Source: Squalus acanthias
Taxonomy: Eukaryota
Assembly (NCBI GenBank): GCA_030390025.1
Contig: CM059432.1
Location: 47,556,001 to 47,620,000 of the forward strand
DNA: 64,000 nucleotides
Direction of reading: 5' to 3'
Below the pieces are notes generated by a model. That model had not been told where the DNA came from and searched no databases. It was given only the letters and a program-made list of their open reading frames with translations. Shown in pieces: positions 1 to 14,904 of the stretch. Each line of letters opens with the position of its first letter. Within the stretch, counting starts at the first letter, position 1. The translations under genes and the position numbers were made by a program.

Positions 1-404
1 ATCTGAATATTTGTGTCTTTCGCACATGCACTTCTTCAAACTCTTTGGGCGGATCAAACTAACAGCTGGGTGATACAAAGCCAGATACAAATTGAAAACT
101 GCTTTATTTCACACTAAAGCAAACAAACAAAATAGCATTTATGATCAGATTCACTTAACTCAATCACTTTTGAATACCACTGATCATTGAGAGTAGGCTG
201 ATTAGACGGTAACTGGCAAGCAGCCGATCACCACTCGTATAGCACTGGGAGATCACCAATTTTATTTTAATGAGGCCCAACCACAAAAATGGCTCAGACC
301 TTCGGTGAACTTCATTGGACGGACGGTGATTTCACTCTGCTCACACCTGTCCGATGAAAGGGTCACTTGAAAAATGGAACCATTGCTCTTCTCAAAATAT
401 ATAT

Positions 405-3400
405 ATGATCTGGACTTGGATACAGGGTGTACAAATCAAAATTTCCAGATGACACAAAATACGGAGCATGGTTAATAGTGAAGAAGACTAAGTAAATGTA
501 GGAAAACATAGACTGGTTAGTAGATTGGGCAGATAGATAGATGAAGAATAATGCAGAGAAATGTGAGGTAATATATTGGGGGGGGGGAGCATAAAGAGGG
601 GAAGAATATATGGTAAAACCTTAAAAGGAATAGAGGAGCAAAGAGATTCAGGGATTCAGATGCACAAACCTTAAAAGGGTAGTTTAAATTGATCAAGTTA
701 TAAAACAAGCAGGGATCTTGGGTTTTGTAAGTAGGGATATAGAGTACAAAAGCAAAGAAGTAATGCTAAACCTATATAAATCATTTGTTAAGCTATCGTT
801 AGAACATTGTTAAGCTATCGTTAGAACATTGTGTCAGGTTTTGGTCACCTTACTTTAAGAAGGATGTGAAGGTCATGAAGAAGATTCAGAAGAGATTCAC
901 TAAGAAGATACCAGTGATGAGAGGCCTTAGCTATGAGGTACTTAAAGAAACTGGGAGTCATGTCACTAGAAGAATGAAAGTTAAGAGATTTCACAGTGGT
1001 ATTCAAAATTGAGAGGTTTTGACAAGATAAATCAGGAAAAATTATTTCATTGGTCAATGAGTTGGTAACTAGAGAGCATAAATTTAAGATAATCACTAAA
1101 AGAATCAAAAGGACAGGTTGCAACATTTTTTTTATGTAGAGGATTGTTAGATCATGGAATGCTCTACCAAAAGTGGTGAAGGTAAATCCATAATAGCTTC
1201 TAAGAGAGTGGAATATATGAAATAGAAAAAATTAAGAGAGTATAGGGAAAGGGCAGGAGAATAGGGCTAAGTGGATAACTCTTTCAGAGAGCAAAAGTGT
1301 GAGGGGGTGATTGGCCTCCTTCTATATTGTAAAATCCTATGATTCTATTCTGTATATATAAAATAATTAAATTGCATACATAACATGAACCTAGAATATT
1401 ACTTTAAAGTGAATTAAGATCAATAGAACTTATGGACATAAATTTATATTAGTAAATTGCAAATTTAAACAGATCTTAGGAAAAACTTAGTTACTCAAAA
1501 AAATTACACACATTTGGAATTATATACTAGGTAAAGTAATGGAATCAAAGACATCCAGGATGTTCAAGATGCAGTTGGATGCTCGGCTCGGTGAGTTGAA
1601 ACACTAGAGGAACATCTTCAATGGGCCAAATGGCTTTTTCTTGTCCTTTACTTTTTCTTGGATTTTAAACTTTATTTGGTTTATTTTTCTTGATTATGGA
1701 TTTGAACACTGTCAACGTAGATGTAGATATAATCCTGGAAATAATAAGGAATCTCAAAACAGATTGGACTGCAGGTTCCGATCGCATTACCCAAGGGTAA
1801 TTAAAGAGAGGGAAGCTGTGCTCTGTGAGCCCCTTGATTATATATTTAGCAGATCACTAGGGTCAAGGATTGTTGCCATGGACTGGAGGGAGGCTCATGT
1901 TATCCCAATATTCAAAAAGTAAGAAGCGAGAAATTATAGGCCATTAGCTCGATTTACAGGCAAGTTGCTAGAAGGAATCATTAGAAATACTGTGTATGAC
2001 CACCTGTGATGTGGACTGGGGTGGACAAATGTGAGAAGTCGCACAACACCAGGTTATAGTCCAACAGTTTTATTTGAAATCACAAGCTTTCGGAGCGCTG
2101 CTCCTTCGTCAGGTGAAGTCCACCTGGACAGAGATGGGGTTATAAGAGATTCTCAACATGGCTTCTGGAAAAGGTGGTCATGTCTTACCACCCTGATTGA
2201 AAATTTTGAGGAAGTTACGCATTGGTGGATGAAGGCCACTTGACATCATATACTTGGATTTTCAAAAATCTTTCGATAAGGTGCCACACAATATGCTACA
2301 TGATATCATAAGAGTCCAGTGGGACTCGAGGACAGACCTTAAGTTGGATAAGAAATTGGCTACATTCTCATAGGCTGATGGTTGTTATTAATGGTAGTGA
2401 TTCTGCGTGGAGATCAATTATTAGTGATGTTCCGCAGGGCTCAGTATTAGGACTGTAGCTCTTCACAATTTGTACTAATGATGTGGATGAAAGCGTTAAG
2501 GGAAACTGTCCACAAATTTGCGTATCATGCAAAGACGTGTGTGTGTTGAGCGGGAAAAAGATGAGATGTTATATTACATGAATCCCTAAATCCCCATCGA
2601 GTTGAATGGGCCTATATTCTCTGAACTTTAGAAGAAAGAGGTGTGATCTCATTGAAACGTCTAAAATTCTTAGAGGGCTTGACAGGTAGATGCTGAGAGG
2701 CTGTTTCCCCTGGCTGGAGAGTCTAGAACTAGGGTCATAGTCTAAGGATAAGGGATCAGCCATTTAGGACTGAGATGAGGAGAAATATCTTCACTCAGAG
2801 GGTTGTGAATCTTTGGAATTCTCTATCCCAGATGGCTGTGGGTGCTCAGTCGTTGAGTATATTCAAGACTGAGATTGTTAGATTCTTGGACACTAAGGGA
2901 ATCAAAGGATATTGGGATAGAGTGGGAAAGTAGGGTTGATGTAGAATTTCAGCCATGATCTTACTGAATGGCGGAACAGGCTCGAGGGGCCGTAGGGCCT
3001 ACTCCTGCTCCTATTTCTTATGTTATGTTCACTACCAGTAGCGAGAGGCTATTGCAAAAGCAAATAGAGTACTAGAATCTATTGCTAGGTAGATCCAATA
3101 TAAAACAAAAACCACTATATTGTCCTCGTGTAAGGCCTCATCTAAAGACTGTGTTCAGTTCTAGTCCCATCACATGGTGGAAGATACAGAGGCTTTAGAA
3201 AAAGTTCAGAGGAGGCCATTACATTGATACCTAGCATAAGAATTCTTTTCTTTCCACAAAGGGTCATCAATCTTTGGAACAAGTTGCCAGCTTGCGTAGT
3301 GAGTGCAGATTCACTGCAAGCATTCAAAAGGTAGTTGGATGAGTTCCTGACCTTGGCAGATATTGCAGCATATAAAAAGCAGGTGGATTATTGAGCGATG

Positions 3401-3635
3401 TGTCTCATGGTCACTGTGGTCTCCTGGAATTCATTTTGATCGCCTTCGGGATTGGAAAGGAACTTTTCAGAGTTATTTTTTTCCTAAATTGATCTAGGGT
3501 TATTCTCAATCTGGTTTTTTTAACCACTCCCAGGAGATTACATAGCTGCGGGTGGGTGGGGCACATTGGGGAGCCATATGAGGCAGGCTCGATGGACCAG
3601 CTGCTTTTTCTTGCCTGTCATTTTTGTATGTTCGT
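405..3635 (+). mobile_element. Cluster of degenerate or nested CR1 fragments
   Basis: DWREAHVIPIFKK, SQHGF, LDFQKSFDKVPH remnants; younger CR1 3' end at about 2605-3030. Confidence 0.75.
2007..2119 (-). mobile_element. 113-bp PLE 3'-terminal fragment carrying a hammerhead motif (2080-2116)
   Basis: Nearly identical to 29630-29756; flanked by 7-bp TSD CCACCTG (2000-06, 2120-26); interrupts a CR1 RT frame. Confidence 0.9.
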
Positions 3636-4388
3636 ATTTATATATTGAATATTTTTATTCGAACAGTGACTACTGTTGACACTAAAGCAACTGGCTTTGA
3701 GTTCATGATAAATTCAGTGCGAGGGACTGAACATATACAGAAAGAATTATTGAACCAACGAAGTACCCTGGATCATAGAAATACAAAGATGTTACCACAT
3801 GGAAACAAGCCATTCGTCCACAAACCAGTCTGCATCAGTGTTTACCTTCCACACAGGCATATCATCCTAATCGCATTCACCCACTGTTGCATATCCCTTT
3901 ATCTTCTTTTCCTTCATCTACCTTTCCAATCCATTATTTGCAAATATTAATTTAGCTCTCTCTTTTGGGTTTAGAAACTCTTCTTAACTAGTTCCAAAGA
4001 TAATTCCATTAGCACTCAATTTTTCAACTAAAAAAAATCACCAATATAAAAATGAAGAAAAACAAAACAAAAAAAGTCAAAATTAATTATAATTGTAAAT
4101 TATTCTAAGATACTGATTGCAAGGCATTTAATAAAATAAAGATACAACCAAAAATGAAACCCTTTGGAGGTTTAAAATACATAGATACATGTAAACTATT
4201 TGTAAGTCAGAGAGATCCCTAGTTTAGTGCTGATCATGTAGAACATAGAAATTGGGTTAAAACTGTCCAAAATCATCTCACTTTAGACCTTTAATGTTGA
4301 AAGAGACTAGAGACATTCATCCCATTTGTCTGAGCTGATTTCAATTCCTGTTGCAAAACAGAAAGCAAATCTCCCACAACACATCCAG

Positions 4389-5079
4389 GGGTAGAGTTTC
4401 AGCTTTGGGCACAATCGGGCGCAAATTGTGCTGGTTAGGTTACATTTCTGCTCAATCCATTTACAGAATCACAAATGTAAAATCTTCCATGAACCAGCGC
4501 AATCGATCAGCTTAATAGTGCGTAATTGTTTATTTATTTTTCTTTGCATTAAAAAAATATTTATTGATGTATTGAAGAGTGGTAACCTGGTGCAGTTTTA
4601 TTAATACAGCCAAAATGGGGTTATCACAAAAAGCATTTTAAATAAGGGTGTCTAGTCCTCCACCTGTGAGTAACCTGATTTTAAATCTCTAAAAATGACT
4701 TAAAAAAAACTATACTGAACCATTTACTAGTTTCATTGGTGTACACTAATTAGATTTTTAGTAAATTAAGTATGTTTTAATATATAAAAACTTTTAAAAC
4801 ATGCCTACTAGTGGCTGTGCGCCTAAGAAAACAAGCTCAATTTGAAGACTCTCCTCAAACCATCGCAATGGGCAGAAACTCGCCATCCTCATTATTTTGA
4901 ACGAGGTGTGGCCAGCTTCGGGCACAATGATTTTTAAACCAGCGTTAAAGATCACAGAAACTCGATTTACGCTTGACGTAACTTATGCTCGAGTTTCCAT
5001 GATGTTTTGTGCTGGTTCAGCCGATTTCACCCGGATTGCGCTGATAAAACCAGCGCAAACTAGTAGAAACTCTAGACCC
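4389..5079. mobile_element. MITE-like element
   Basis: Ends GGGTAGAGTTTC / GAAACTCTAGACCC; CAG on both flanks. Confidence 0.62.
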
Positions 5080-5522
5080 CAGGTTTTTTTTTTAAAAATT
5101 GAGCAGTTTACTCAGAATCGTAATTTTCTGAGGAAAAAGCTGTCGTTTTTAACCTACTGGCAAAGTATGCTTGTGCAGTGCAGATTCTCATCCATGATTC
5201 CCCCAAATGGCTAGTTCCCAAACTCATCTTTGTCCCCAAGGTGAGATAATATTAGAAGCCTATTAGTTGCATATGGAAGAATAGAAAAGAAGAAATCAGG
5301 CCACTCTTGCGCACTCCCCAGCAAATGGTTATACTGTAACATTGGCAGAAGCTTGGAGAATCTCACCTGATCAGAATTTCACATGGGGATTTTATTTTCC
5401 ACTTCAATTCAAAGATTTAAAACCCACAGGTAACCTGTCTTCAGGTTGTTAAACTCTACCTAAAACAAACTTATGAATTCAAATTCAGCTGAGGTGACTG
5501 ATCTACATTTAGCCATTTATTA

Positions 5523-5693
<171 letters not shown>

Positions 5694-5753
5694 CTACAAA
5701 AAACACAATTTTACTTCAAGTTGCTTGATAAAGAACAAAAGTTCTGACATATT

Positions 5754-6411
5754 GGGAGGAATTTATAGGTGAGCGAGTGGGTGTGGGGTTAAATGGGGGA
5801 AAATTGGAAGTGTGTCAGGAAGCTGGCTCCAACCCGCCAACTTCTGGCTTTTACTCAGGTGAGACAAGGGGTGGGCAGCCAACCCGCTTCCAGGAGGTGG
5901 GTTGGCACTTTAAATATGATAATGAGGCTGGAAGCCTCAGATTTAACCAGCTGCAGCGAGGCGAGAACATGTGGGACAGGAGGAGCAGGTGTGCTTCCTC
6001 CCAGCCCCCGCCCACCCCGGATCAGCCCCCCTGCCCCAGGGTCAGGGATTGGACCCCCCCCCCCACCCCCGGGTCGGGGATCGGACCTACCTGGTCTTGT
6101 GACCTCCTCTAGAGCATTCCCCACCCGACTGGAAGCCAAGCCTGTCAATCAGGCTGACTTCCGGGCGGGGAACCTGTCAATCACGTCAGATGTGGAGTTA
6201 AATCTCCGCCGTGTGCAGGGAAACCCAGACTTCCGGGTTTCCCGCGAACTTCGGACCCCACCCCACACGAGTCTGAAGGTAAAAATTCTAGCCATCATTC
6301 TGGAACAATTAAAATGTAGAATTGCAAGTGATCATGCTAATCAGACTGGGATTGCCGGGTTCTTCGGCCGTTTTCGGCCTCCCCCGCACCCTCCACCCAA
6401 ATATCGGGGTC
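5754..6411. mobile_element. GC-rich MITE-like repeat, same family as 34461-35122
   Basis: Shared CCAACCCGC..CAGGAGG..AATCAGGCTG..GGCGGG(G)AAC blocks and AAATATCGGGG(T/C)C end. Confidence 0.6.
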
Positions 6412-7454
6412 TATATTTTATTCCGCAAAGTATTGACCAGAGCTTTGTCTATTTCTTGCTCATTTTCTTGGGGATTCTAAAATGGATCTCATCTCAATCA
6501 GATACTGCACAGACATTTAATTCCTGAGTTTCCCGATAACAAATGCTTTACTGATTCCTGCAAGCATTACAGCTGAGCCAAAATGACACTCTCTGGATTC
6601 TGTCCAGAGTCTTCCTTCATTAATAAAGAATCCATTTAACATGTTTCCATATTGCTGAACCGCTGCCCAACTTTTTCCACAAGGAACCTGTCTAGACTTT
6701 CATTGTGCAAATCAATTAGATTCATATTTTTTTTTTTTAAACAGATCAATTACAACAGAAAATAGAAACATCTAAACAAAACACCTTTTCTAGCAGTTGA
6801 AAAGAAACTTGTAGGATTTTGGTTTTGATTATCTGTAAAATCTGTTTTATATGTATAAAATACAAGTATATACAAATATGGTCAAACTTCAATTATCAAC
6901 CATGATGGAGAGGGGGGTTTCCACCCCGATGGATACCAGAAATTGACAGATAATGAAGAGCCCTCAAATTATTGTTCACTGCTTCTTGCTCTGCCTCTCT
7001 CCACCCAGCAGCACTCATCGCCATTACGCCTGTTGGCCAGAGCAGTTAACGCTACAAAGTGATCAATCAGCTGATTTGCAGTATCCAGCTTCTTCCATTT
7101 ACTCACTCATGATGCTGCCCCAGACTGGAAAGAGCCAAACAAAAAAAACCCTCTGGTGCCAGCTACTGCCCGCATCCCCCCACCCCCACTACAGAAGTGA
7201 TTGTTAAAGAAAGCGTTCCCTCACCTTCAGGGATTCCATCAATAGTCTCCACAACAGTGTTCTCAGTGGAGCTACTGACATTAAAATAAAAAAAAGCCTG
7301 CCTGTTTAAATATGCTCTTGTGAGGAGTCGTCAGCTCTGCTGAGAAGACTGCCACAGGAATCCCTACAAGTGCCGACATACTGCTTTACAGTGCTCACCT
7401 CTGTAGCTTAGGGAGAAGTGGGAGGAGACAATTATCATTAGGAAAGTATTTTGA

Positions 7455-7830
7455 TTCCCCAAAGTGTTTTGCAGCCCGTGAAGTACTTTTGAAGTATAAT
7501 CACTGTTGTAATATAGAGAAACACAGCAGCCAATTTGCACACAGCAAGATCCCATAAACAGCAATGAGTTAAATGACACGATAATCTGTTTTAGTAATGT
7601 TGGTTGAGGAAGAAATGTTGGCCAGGACGCTGTGAGAACTCCCTGCTCTTCTTCAAATAGTGCCACGGGATCTTTTCTGTCCACCTGACAGGGCAGACAA
7701 AGCCTCAGTTTAACGTCTCATCTGTAAGACGGCACCTCCAACAATGCAGGACTCCTTCAATACTGCAATGAAGTGTCATCTTACATTATGTGCTCAAGTC
7801 TCTGGAGTGGGGCTTGAACCCACGACCATA
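7455..7830 (-). mobile_element. tRNA-derived Deu-domain SINE (SacSINE1/AmnSINE1-like); partial copies near 13283, 28255, 33570, 42120
   Basis: B-box GGTTCAAGCCC on minus; central GGGATCTTTT..CCACCTGA..GTTTAACGTCTCATC..AAGACGGCACCTCC; family named from recall, not from a search. Confidence 0.72.
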
Positions 7831-8981
7831 TGCAGTGTCGGCTCTCTTGGCTGGAGTCATGAGCAGGCACATAGAGGAGCAGTGAGCGGGACAATCATCC
7901 ATTGTGGCACGAGCTCATCATGCCATAGAAGAAACGTTCTCAAACAAATAAGCTGATGTTAGCTCCAACTCCCACTGCAAAAATTCTCAGATAATCAACA
8001 AAAACTAATAATGAGGTCTCAGAGAATTGAAGAACTGCTGTAAGAAAAATCTCTCAATATTAGCATAAGTCAGCCTATTTTTATTAATTTAAATGGTATT
8101 TGTAAAATGTCAAAAAGTGCATCATTATAATTAAACAAATTACAAATCCAAATAGGGTGAGTCAATCATTTATTAATTGCAGTCTGGTACCTAAATTAAT
8201 ATATTGCATCACATTGCATTAAATTTTACATTTTTTAATTTTTTTTATTTTTGTAAGTTACTTTTCACTGTAAGCAGTTCAAACGGTGCAGCATAGAAAT
8301 CGTCAAGTGGCAAGTTGCTGATTTTACCAGCATAACATGAGGTGAAACCAAACATTGGTCAGGGAGTCCCACAAAGAAGAAAGACTGGAGGGAAAATTAC
8401 TTGTGGGATTACTTTATGCCCTCCCAGTGACTAGTTTCATAACAGTGTTAAATGGTACATGCTCTGGGACCACCTATTTGGAAAAGCGAAGAAAATAACT
8501 GAAGAGTGAATGTTCCCATTTCCTGAGCTGTTCGGTCTTATATTCCATTTCCCAAGCAAGCTATTGCACAGGCATCCTACTATCCTGCCTCTGCTGATAT
8601 CACTCAAGCTAACCACTAGATGGCGTACAAAACTGTTGTTTATAGATTGGCTTACAGATTTTCTAAAAACATAACTCACTTTTGATCATCAACTTCTGCA
8701 GACAGCCAATTTGAGATTAGAAACTCACTGCATAGGGAATCACATTCTACAACTGTGCTAATATTTCAATTTGTCCAACTAAATGGGCTTCGATACCATT
8801 TCCTCATATAGTATAATGTAGAAAAGTAAAGATTTGGATTTAGATTTTATTTGTTTAGTGGCAAATGGTGCAGTGTGAATTACAGTATCTCATTTTAGAT
8901 TTATTCTTATAACAAAAGGAAGGCTCCCAAGGATCTGAAGCGAGTACATTACTCATAAACCCTTTTGAACTTTACAACTTA

Positions 8982-9188
<207 letters not shown>

Positions 9189-9320
9189 TTAAACATCACT
9201 TTTAAAATGTAATATTCATCACTTAACAATTAAAAAAAAATATTTTGTCAATATTCTAATCCCATCTTTGCTGACAAATGGAATCTCCCACTCTACAAGG
9301 CTGGAGGGTGATAGATTTAA

Positions 9321-12270
9321 CTGCCCTCTGAAATGGCCTAGCAAGCCACTCAGTTGTACAAAACCACTACGAAAAACAAGAAGAATAATAAAACCGGATG
9401 GATCACCCGGCATCAACCTTGGCACCGGCTTCGGACATGACAAAGACCCACCCAGCCCACTCGACCCGGCAAAGTTCTCCTCACTAACATCTGGGGACTT
9501 GTGCCAAAAACGGGAAAGCTGTCCCACAGACCAGTCAAGCAACAGTCTGACATAGTCATACTCACAGAATCATACCTTTCAGCCAATGTCCCAGACTCCT
9601 CCACCACCATCCCTGGGTATGTCCTGTCCCACTGGCAGCACAGTGGTATACAGTCGGGAGGGAGTGGCCCAAGGAGTCTTCAACATTGACCCCGGACCCC
9701 ATGAAGTCTCATGGCTTCAGGTCAAGCATGGGCAAGGAAACCTCCTGCTGATTACCACCTACCGCCCTCCCTCAGCTGATGAATCAGTACTCCTCCATGT
9801 TGAACACCACTTGGAAGAAGCACTGAGAGTAGCAAGGGCACAGATTGTATTCTGGGTGGGGACTTCAATGTCCATCACCAAGAGTGGTTCGATAGCACCA
9901 CTACTGACCGAGCTGGCTGAGTCCTGAAGGATATAGCTGCCAGTCTGGGCCTGCGACAGGTGATGATAGAACCAACACGAGGGAAAAACCTACTTGACCT
10001 CGTCCTCACCAATCTACCTGTCGCAGATGCATCTGTCCATGACAGTATTGGTAGCAGTGACCACCGCACAGTCATTGTGGAGACGAAGTCCTGTCTTCAC
10101 ACTGAGGACACCCTCCATCGTGTTGTGTGGCACTACCACCGTGCTAAATGGGATAGATTCAGAACAGATCTAGCAGCTCAAAACTGGGCATCCATGAGGT
10201 GCTGTGGGCCATCAGCAGCAGAATTGCATTCCACCACAATCTGTAACCTCATGGCCCGGCATATCCCTCACTCTACCATTACCATCAAGCTAGGGGACCA
10301 ACCCTGGTTCAATGAGGAGTGCAGAAGAGCATGCCAGGAGCAGCACCAGGCGTACCTAAAAATGAGGTGCCAACTTGTGGAAGCTGCAACACAGGACGAC
10401 ATGCATGCTAAACAGCGGAAGCAGCATACTATAGATAGGGCTAAGCAATCCCACAATCAAACGATCAGATCAAAGCCCTGCAGTCCTGCCACATCCAGTC
10501 GTGAATGGTTGTGGACAATTAAACAACTATCGGGGGGAGGAGGCTCCATGAATATCCCCAACCTCAATAATGGCGGAGCACTGCACAGGAGTGCAAAAGA
10601 CAAGGCTGAAGCGTTTGCAACCATCCTCAGCCATAAGTGCCAAGTGAATGATCTGTCTTGGCCTCCTCCTGAGGTCGCCACCATCACAGAAGCCAGTCTT
10701 CAGCCAATTCAATTCACTCCACGTGATATCAAGAAACAGCTCAGCGCACCAGATACAGCAAAGGCTGTGGGCCCCAACAACATCCTGGCTATCATGCTGA
10801 AGACTTGTGCTCCAGAACTAGCCATGCCTCTAGCCAAGCTGTTCCAGTACAGCTACAACACTGGCATCTACTTGACAATGTGAAAAACTGCCCAGGTATG
10901 TCCTGTCCACACAAAGCAGAACAAATCCAATCTGGCCAATTACCGCCCCATCAGTCTACTCTCAATCATCAGCAAAGTGATGGAAGGTGTGGTCGACAGT
11001 GCTATCAAGCGGCACTTACTCACCGATGCTTAGTTTGGGTTCCGCCAGGACTACTCGGCTCCTGACCTCATTACAGCCTTGGTCCAAACATGGAAAAAGG
11101 AGCTGAATTCCAGAGGTGAGCTGAGAGTGACTGCCCTTGACATCAAGGCAGCATTTGACAGAGTGTGGCATCAAGGAGCCCTAGTAAAATTGAAGTCAAT
11201 GGGAATCAGGGGGACAACTCTCCACTGGCTGGAGTCATACCTAGCACAAAGGACGGTGGTTGTGGTTATTGGAGTTCAATCATCTCAGCCCCAGAACATC
11301 GCTGCAGGAGTTCCTCAGGGCAGTGTTCCAAAGCCCAACCATCTTTAGCTGCTTCATCAATGACCTTCCCTCCATCATAAGGTCAGAAATGGGGATGTTC
11401 GTTGATGATTGCACAGTGTTCAGTTCCATTTGCAACTCCTCAGATAATGAAGCAGTCCATGCCCACATACAGTAAGACCTGGCCGACATTCAGGCTTGGG
11501 CTGATAAATGGCAAGTAACATTTGAGCCACACAAGTGCCAGGCAATGACTATCTCCAACAAGCGAGAGTCTAATCACCGCCCCTTAACATTTAAAGGCAT
11601 AACCATCGGCGAGTCCCCCACCATCAACATCCTGGGGGGGTCACCATTGACCAGAAACTTAACTGGACCAGCCACATAAATACTGTGGCAACAATAGCAG
11701 GTCAGAGGCTAGGCATTCTGCAGCAAGTGTCTCACCTCCTGACTCCCAAAGCCTTTCCACCATCTACAAGGCACAAGTCAGGAGTGTGATGGAATACTCT
11801 CCACTTGCCTGGATGAGTGCAGCTCCAACAATACTCAAGAAGCTCGACAGCATCCAGGACAAAGCAGCCCGCTTGATTGGCAACCCATCTACCACCTTAA
11901 ACATTCACTCCCTCCACCACCGGCGCACCATGGCTGCAGTGTGTACCATCTACAAGATGCACTGCAGCAACTCGCCACGGCTTCTTCGACAGCACCTCCT
12001 AAATCCGCGACGTCGATCACCTAGAAGGACAAGGGCAGCAGGCGAACACCACCACCTCCAAGTCACACACCATCCTGACTTGGAAATATATCACCGTTCC
12101 TTCATCGTTGCTGGGTCAAAATCCTGGAACTCCCTCCCTAACAGCACTATGGGAGTACCTTCACCGCGGTTCAAGAAGGCGGCTCACCACCACCTTCTCA
12201 AGGGCAATTAGGGATGGGCAATAAATGCTGGCCTTGCCAGCAACGCTCACATCCCAGGAATTAATTTTTT
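9321..12270 (+). mobile_element. Near full-length degenerate non-LTR retrotransposon (APE + RT), CR1-group, tentatively Zenon-like
   Basis: Frameshifted APE motifs (DIVILTESYL, TTYRPP, LDLVLTN, SDH) and RT motifs (ALDIKAAFDRVWH, GVPQGSV, FVDD); AATAAA near the 3' end. Confidence 0.88.
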
Positions 12271-12389
12271 TTAAATTCTCAAGTTGCAAGATCAGTAACA
12301 ACCTGTTTCGTCTTTAAACGTGCTTGGTGCATCTATTGCAATTAAAGCTGCAACATAAGCAAAGCTAAATGTTCATTCAAAATAAATGT

Positions 12390-13665
12390 TTTTGGGATAG
12401 TTTTGTTTAAGGCAAATAGTGTTTGATTAACCTGATTGAGTTCTTTGATGAAGTAACAGAGAGGGTTGATGAAGGTAGTGCAGTAGCTGTTGTATATATG
12501 GACTTTTAAAAAGCATTTGATAAAGTACCTCATAACAGACTTATTCGGAAAATAGAAGCACATGGTAATAAAGAGACAGTGGTAACTTAGGTACGAAATT
12601 GGCTAAGGGATAGGAGGCAGAGAGTAGTGGTGAGCGGATGTTTTTCTGACTGGAGCGAAGTATGCAATGAGGTCCCTCAGGGGTCGGTATTAAGACCACT
12701 GCTTTTCTTGTTATAGATAAATGACCTGAACTTGGGTTTAGGGAGTACAATTTTGAAGTTTGCAGATGATATAAAACTTGGCAACATAGTAAATAGTGAG
12801 CATGATAGCAGACGTCAGGATACTTTGCTTTGTAAATCGGGTATTCAATACAGAAACAAGGAAGTCATGCTACACCTTTATAAATCTCTGGTTATCCTCA
12901 GCTGGAGTATTGTGTACAATTATGGGCACAACATTTTAGGAAGGATGTCAAGGTCCTGGAAAGTGTACAGAGTAAGTTTACCAGGATGATACCAGGGATA
13001 AGGGAGTTCAGTTTTGTGAAGAGATTAGAGAAGCTGGGATTGTTCTCCTTCGAGGTATTCAAAATTATAAGGGGTTTTGATAAAGCAAGTAGGGAGAAAC
13101 TATTTCATCTGGCAAGTGGGTCGGTAACCAGAGATCATAGATTTAAAACAATTGGCAAAAGAACTAGAGGGGAAAAGGAGACATTTCTTCACACAGAGGG
13201 TTGTTAAGATCTGGAATGCACTGCCTGAAAGGATGGTGGAATCAAATTCCATAGGAACTTTTAAAAGGCAACTGGACATGTAAAGAGAGAAAGACTTGCA
13301 TTTATATAGCGCCTTTAACAACCACCGGATGTCCCAAAGCGCTTTACAGCCAATTAAGTACTTTTTGAAGTGTAGTCACTGTTGTAATGTAGGAAATGCG
13401 GCAGCCAATTTTGCGCTCAGCAAGCTCCCACAAACAGCAATGTGATAATGACCAGATAATCTGTTTTAGTGATGTTGATTGAGGGATAAATATTGGCCAG
13501 GACACCAGGAAGAACTCCCCAGCTCTTCTTGTACTTGAAGAGGACTAATTTGCAGGGTTATAGGGAAAAAGCTGAGGTGTAGGACTAAATCGGACAGCTC
13601 TTTCAAAGAGCCAGCACAGGTGTGACAAGCCAACTAGCCCCCTGCTGCACTGTAAGATACTATTT
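12390..13665 (+). mobile_element. Degenerate CR1 with a Deu-SINE 3' part inserted at about 13283-13530
   Basis: KFADDIKLG and LYKSLV remnants. Confidence 0.8.
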
Positions 13666-13867
13666 CTTTTTTTCCAACCATTTTTCGTACAAATAATAAA
13701 TTAATTTTATTCTAAGTTTAGTACAAATATATATTCTAAATATAACCTGACACATTAGGATCTTCACATGCACACAGCATCATCTAAAGTTTCTTACTAG
13801 TTATCGTATTTTGTTAAATCTTACTGGAATTAGATCTTTATTTGCAAATCCTTGTGATAGTGCTTTA

Positions 13868-13972
<105 letters not shown>

Positions 13973-14904
13973 TTAATTTTTATGAAGGTTTTCTTTTGCA
14001 CACATCAGGAAAAGTAAAAGTAGGCAGCTTAAAAAAGCACACTTGTATAGGGAACAACTGGTCAAGTATAGTATAATAGAAATATTGGACCAGAAATTCC
14101 ACAGCCCTTCCGATGCACCCCCATTGTAACTTTGGCAGGTGTGTCGGCAGAGCTAGAAAATAAGCTGGGACTTGGATATGTTGGTAGGGTCAGCACTGGA
14201 GGTCCCCGGTAGCACGCAATTCTAATATAATTGGCAAGATTTCTGCTCAAGGATTTTCAGGGCCATAATTAATAACTGAATAGATACCCATTGTTGATGG
14301 ACATAGTAGACTTGAGATTTAAATTCTTCTTAAATATATTGGATAGTTAACACCTTTGTAATTGATTAAATAATACAAAACACTAGCCCTTCATTAATTA
14401 CAGGCCTCTACATTTCTCACTGTAAGCTGCTAGCAGTACAATTACAATCATTTTACTACCCACATAGGAATTGCTAGACGGAAAAAGACCACGGTCCATC
14501 TAGTTTGCCTTCTAGCATCCTGGTAATCAGCTGACACAATGATTATGGAGTTGTTGACTAATCATAGTAATCAATCTCCATCAATTATGCTACAACAGAC
14601 TCAGACATGACTCGAGTAAAATCTCAGTGGTAGAGAGCTTTGAGAATCCCAACATGTTGTGACATACTTTATTGTACAGACTTGTCACAACAACAGTAAT
14701 CTTTACACATCAAAGCACTACCACAGAAGTTGCGGGATTCCATGGTTCTCCATGTTTGCAGTTGACTTAAAAATGAGATATATACATATACACATACATA
14801 TTTCGAGGGTTTTCAAATATAAACTACAAAAACTGTTGTGGTCAAGGCACACAAACAGTACTTGATGTTTTCCATTTTTTTTTATTAGGAGAGTTAGCTC
14901 CTTT

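Noticed and set aside
345..382. CCGATGAAAGGGTCACTTGAAAAAT resembling a hammerhead core
   Set aside because: Core is CCGAUGA rather than CUGAUGA, there is no good stem I or III, and no PLE context
785..832. 22-bp direct tandem duplication (CRISPR-like spacing considered)
   Set aside because: Two adjacent copies without spacers inside a CR1 remnant in eukaryotic DNA
5793..6527. 244-aa Pro-rich ORF on plus
   Set aside because: Lies in a GC-rich MITE-like repeat with a paralog near 34461; no domain; antisense intronic
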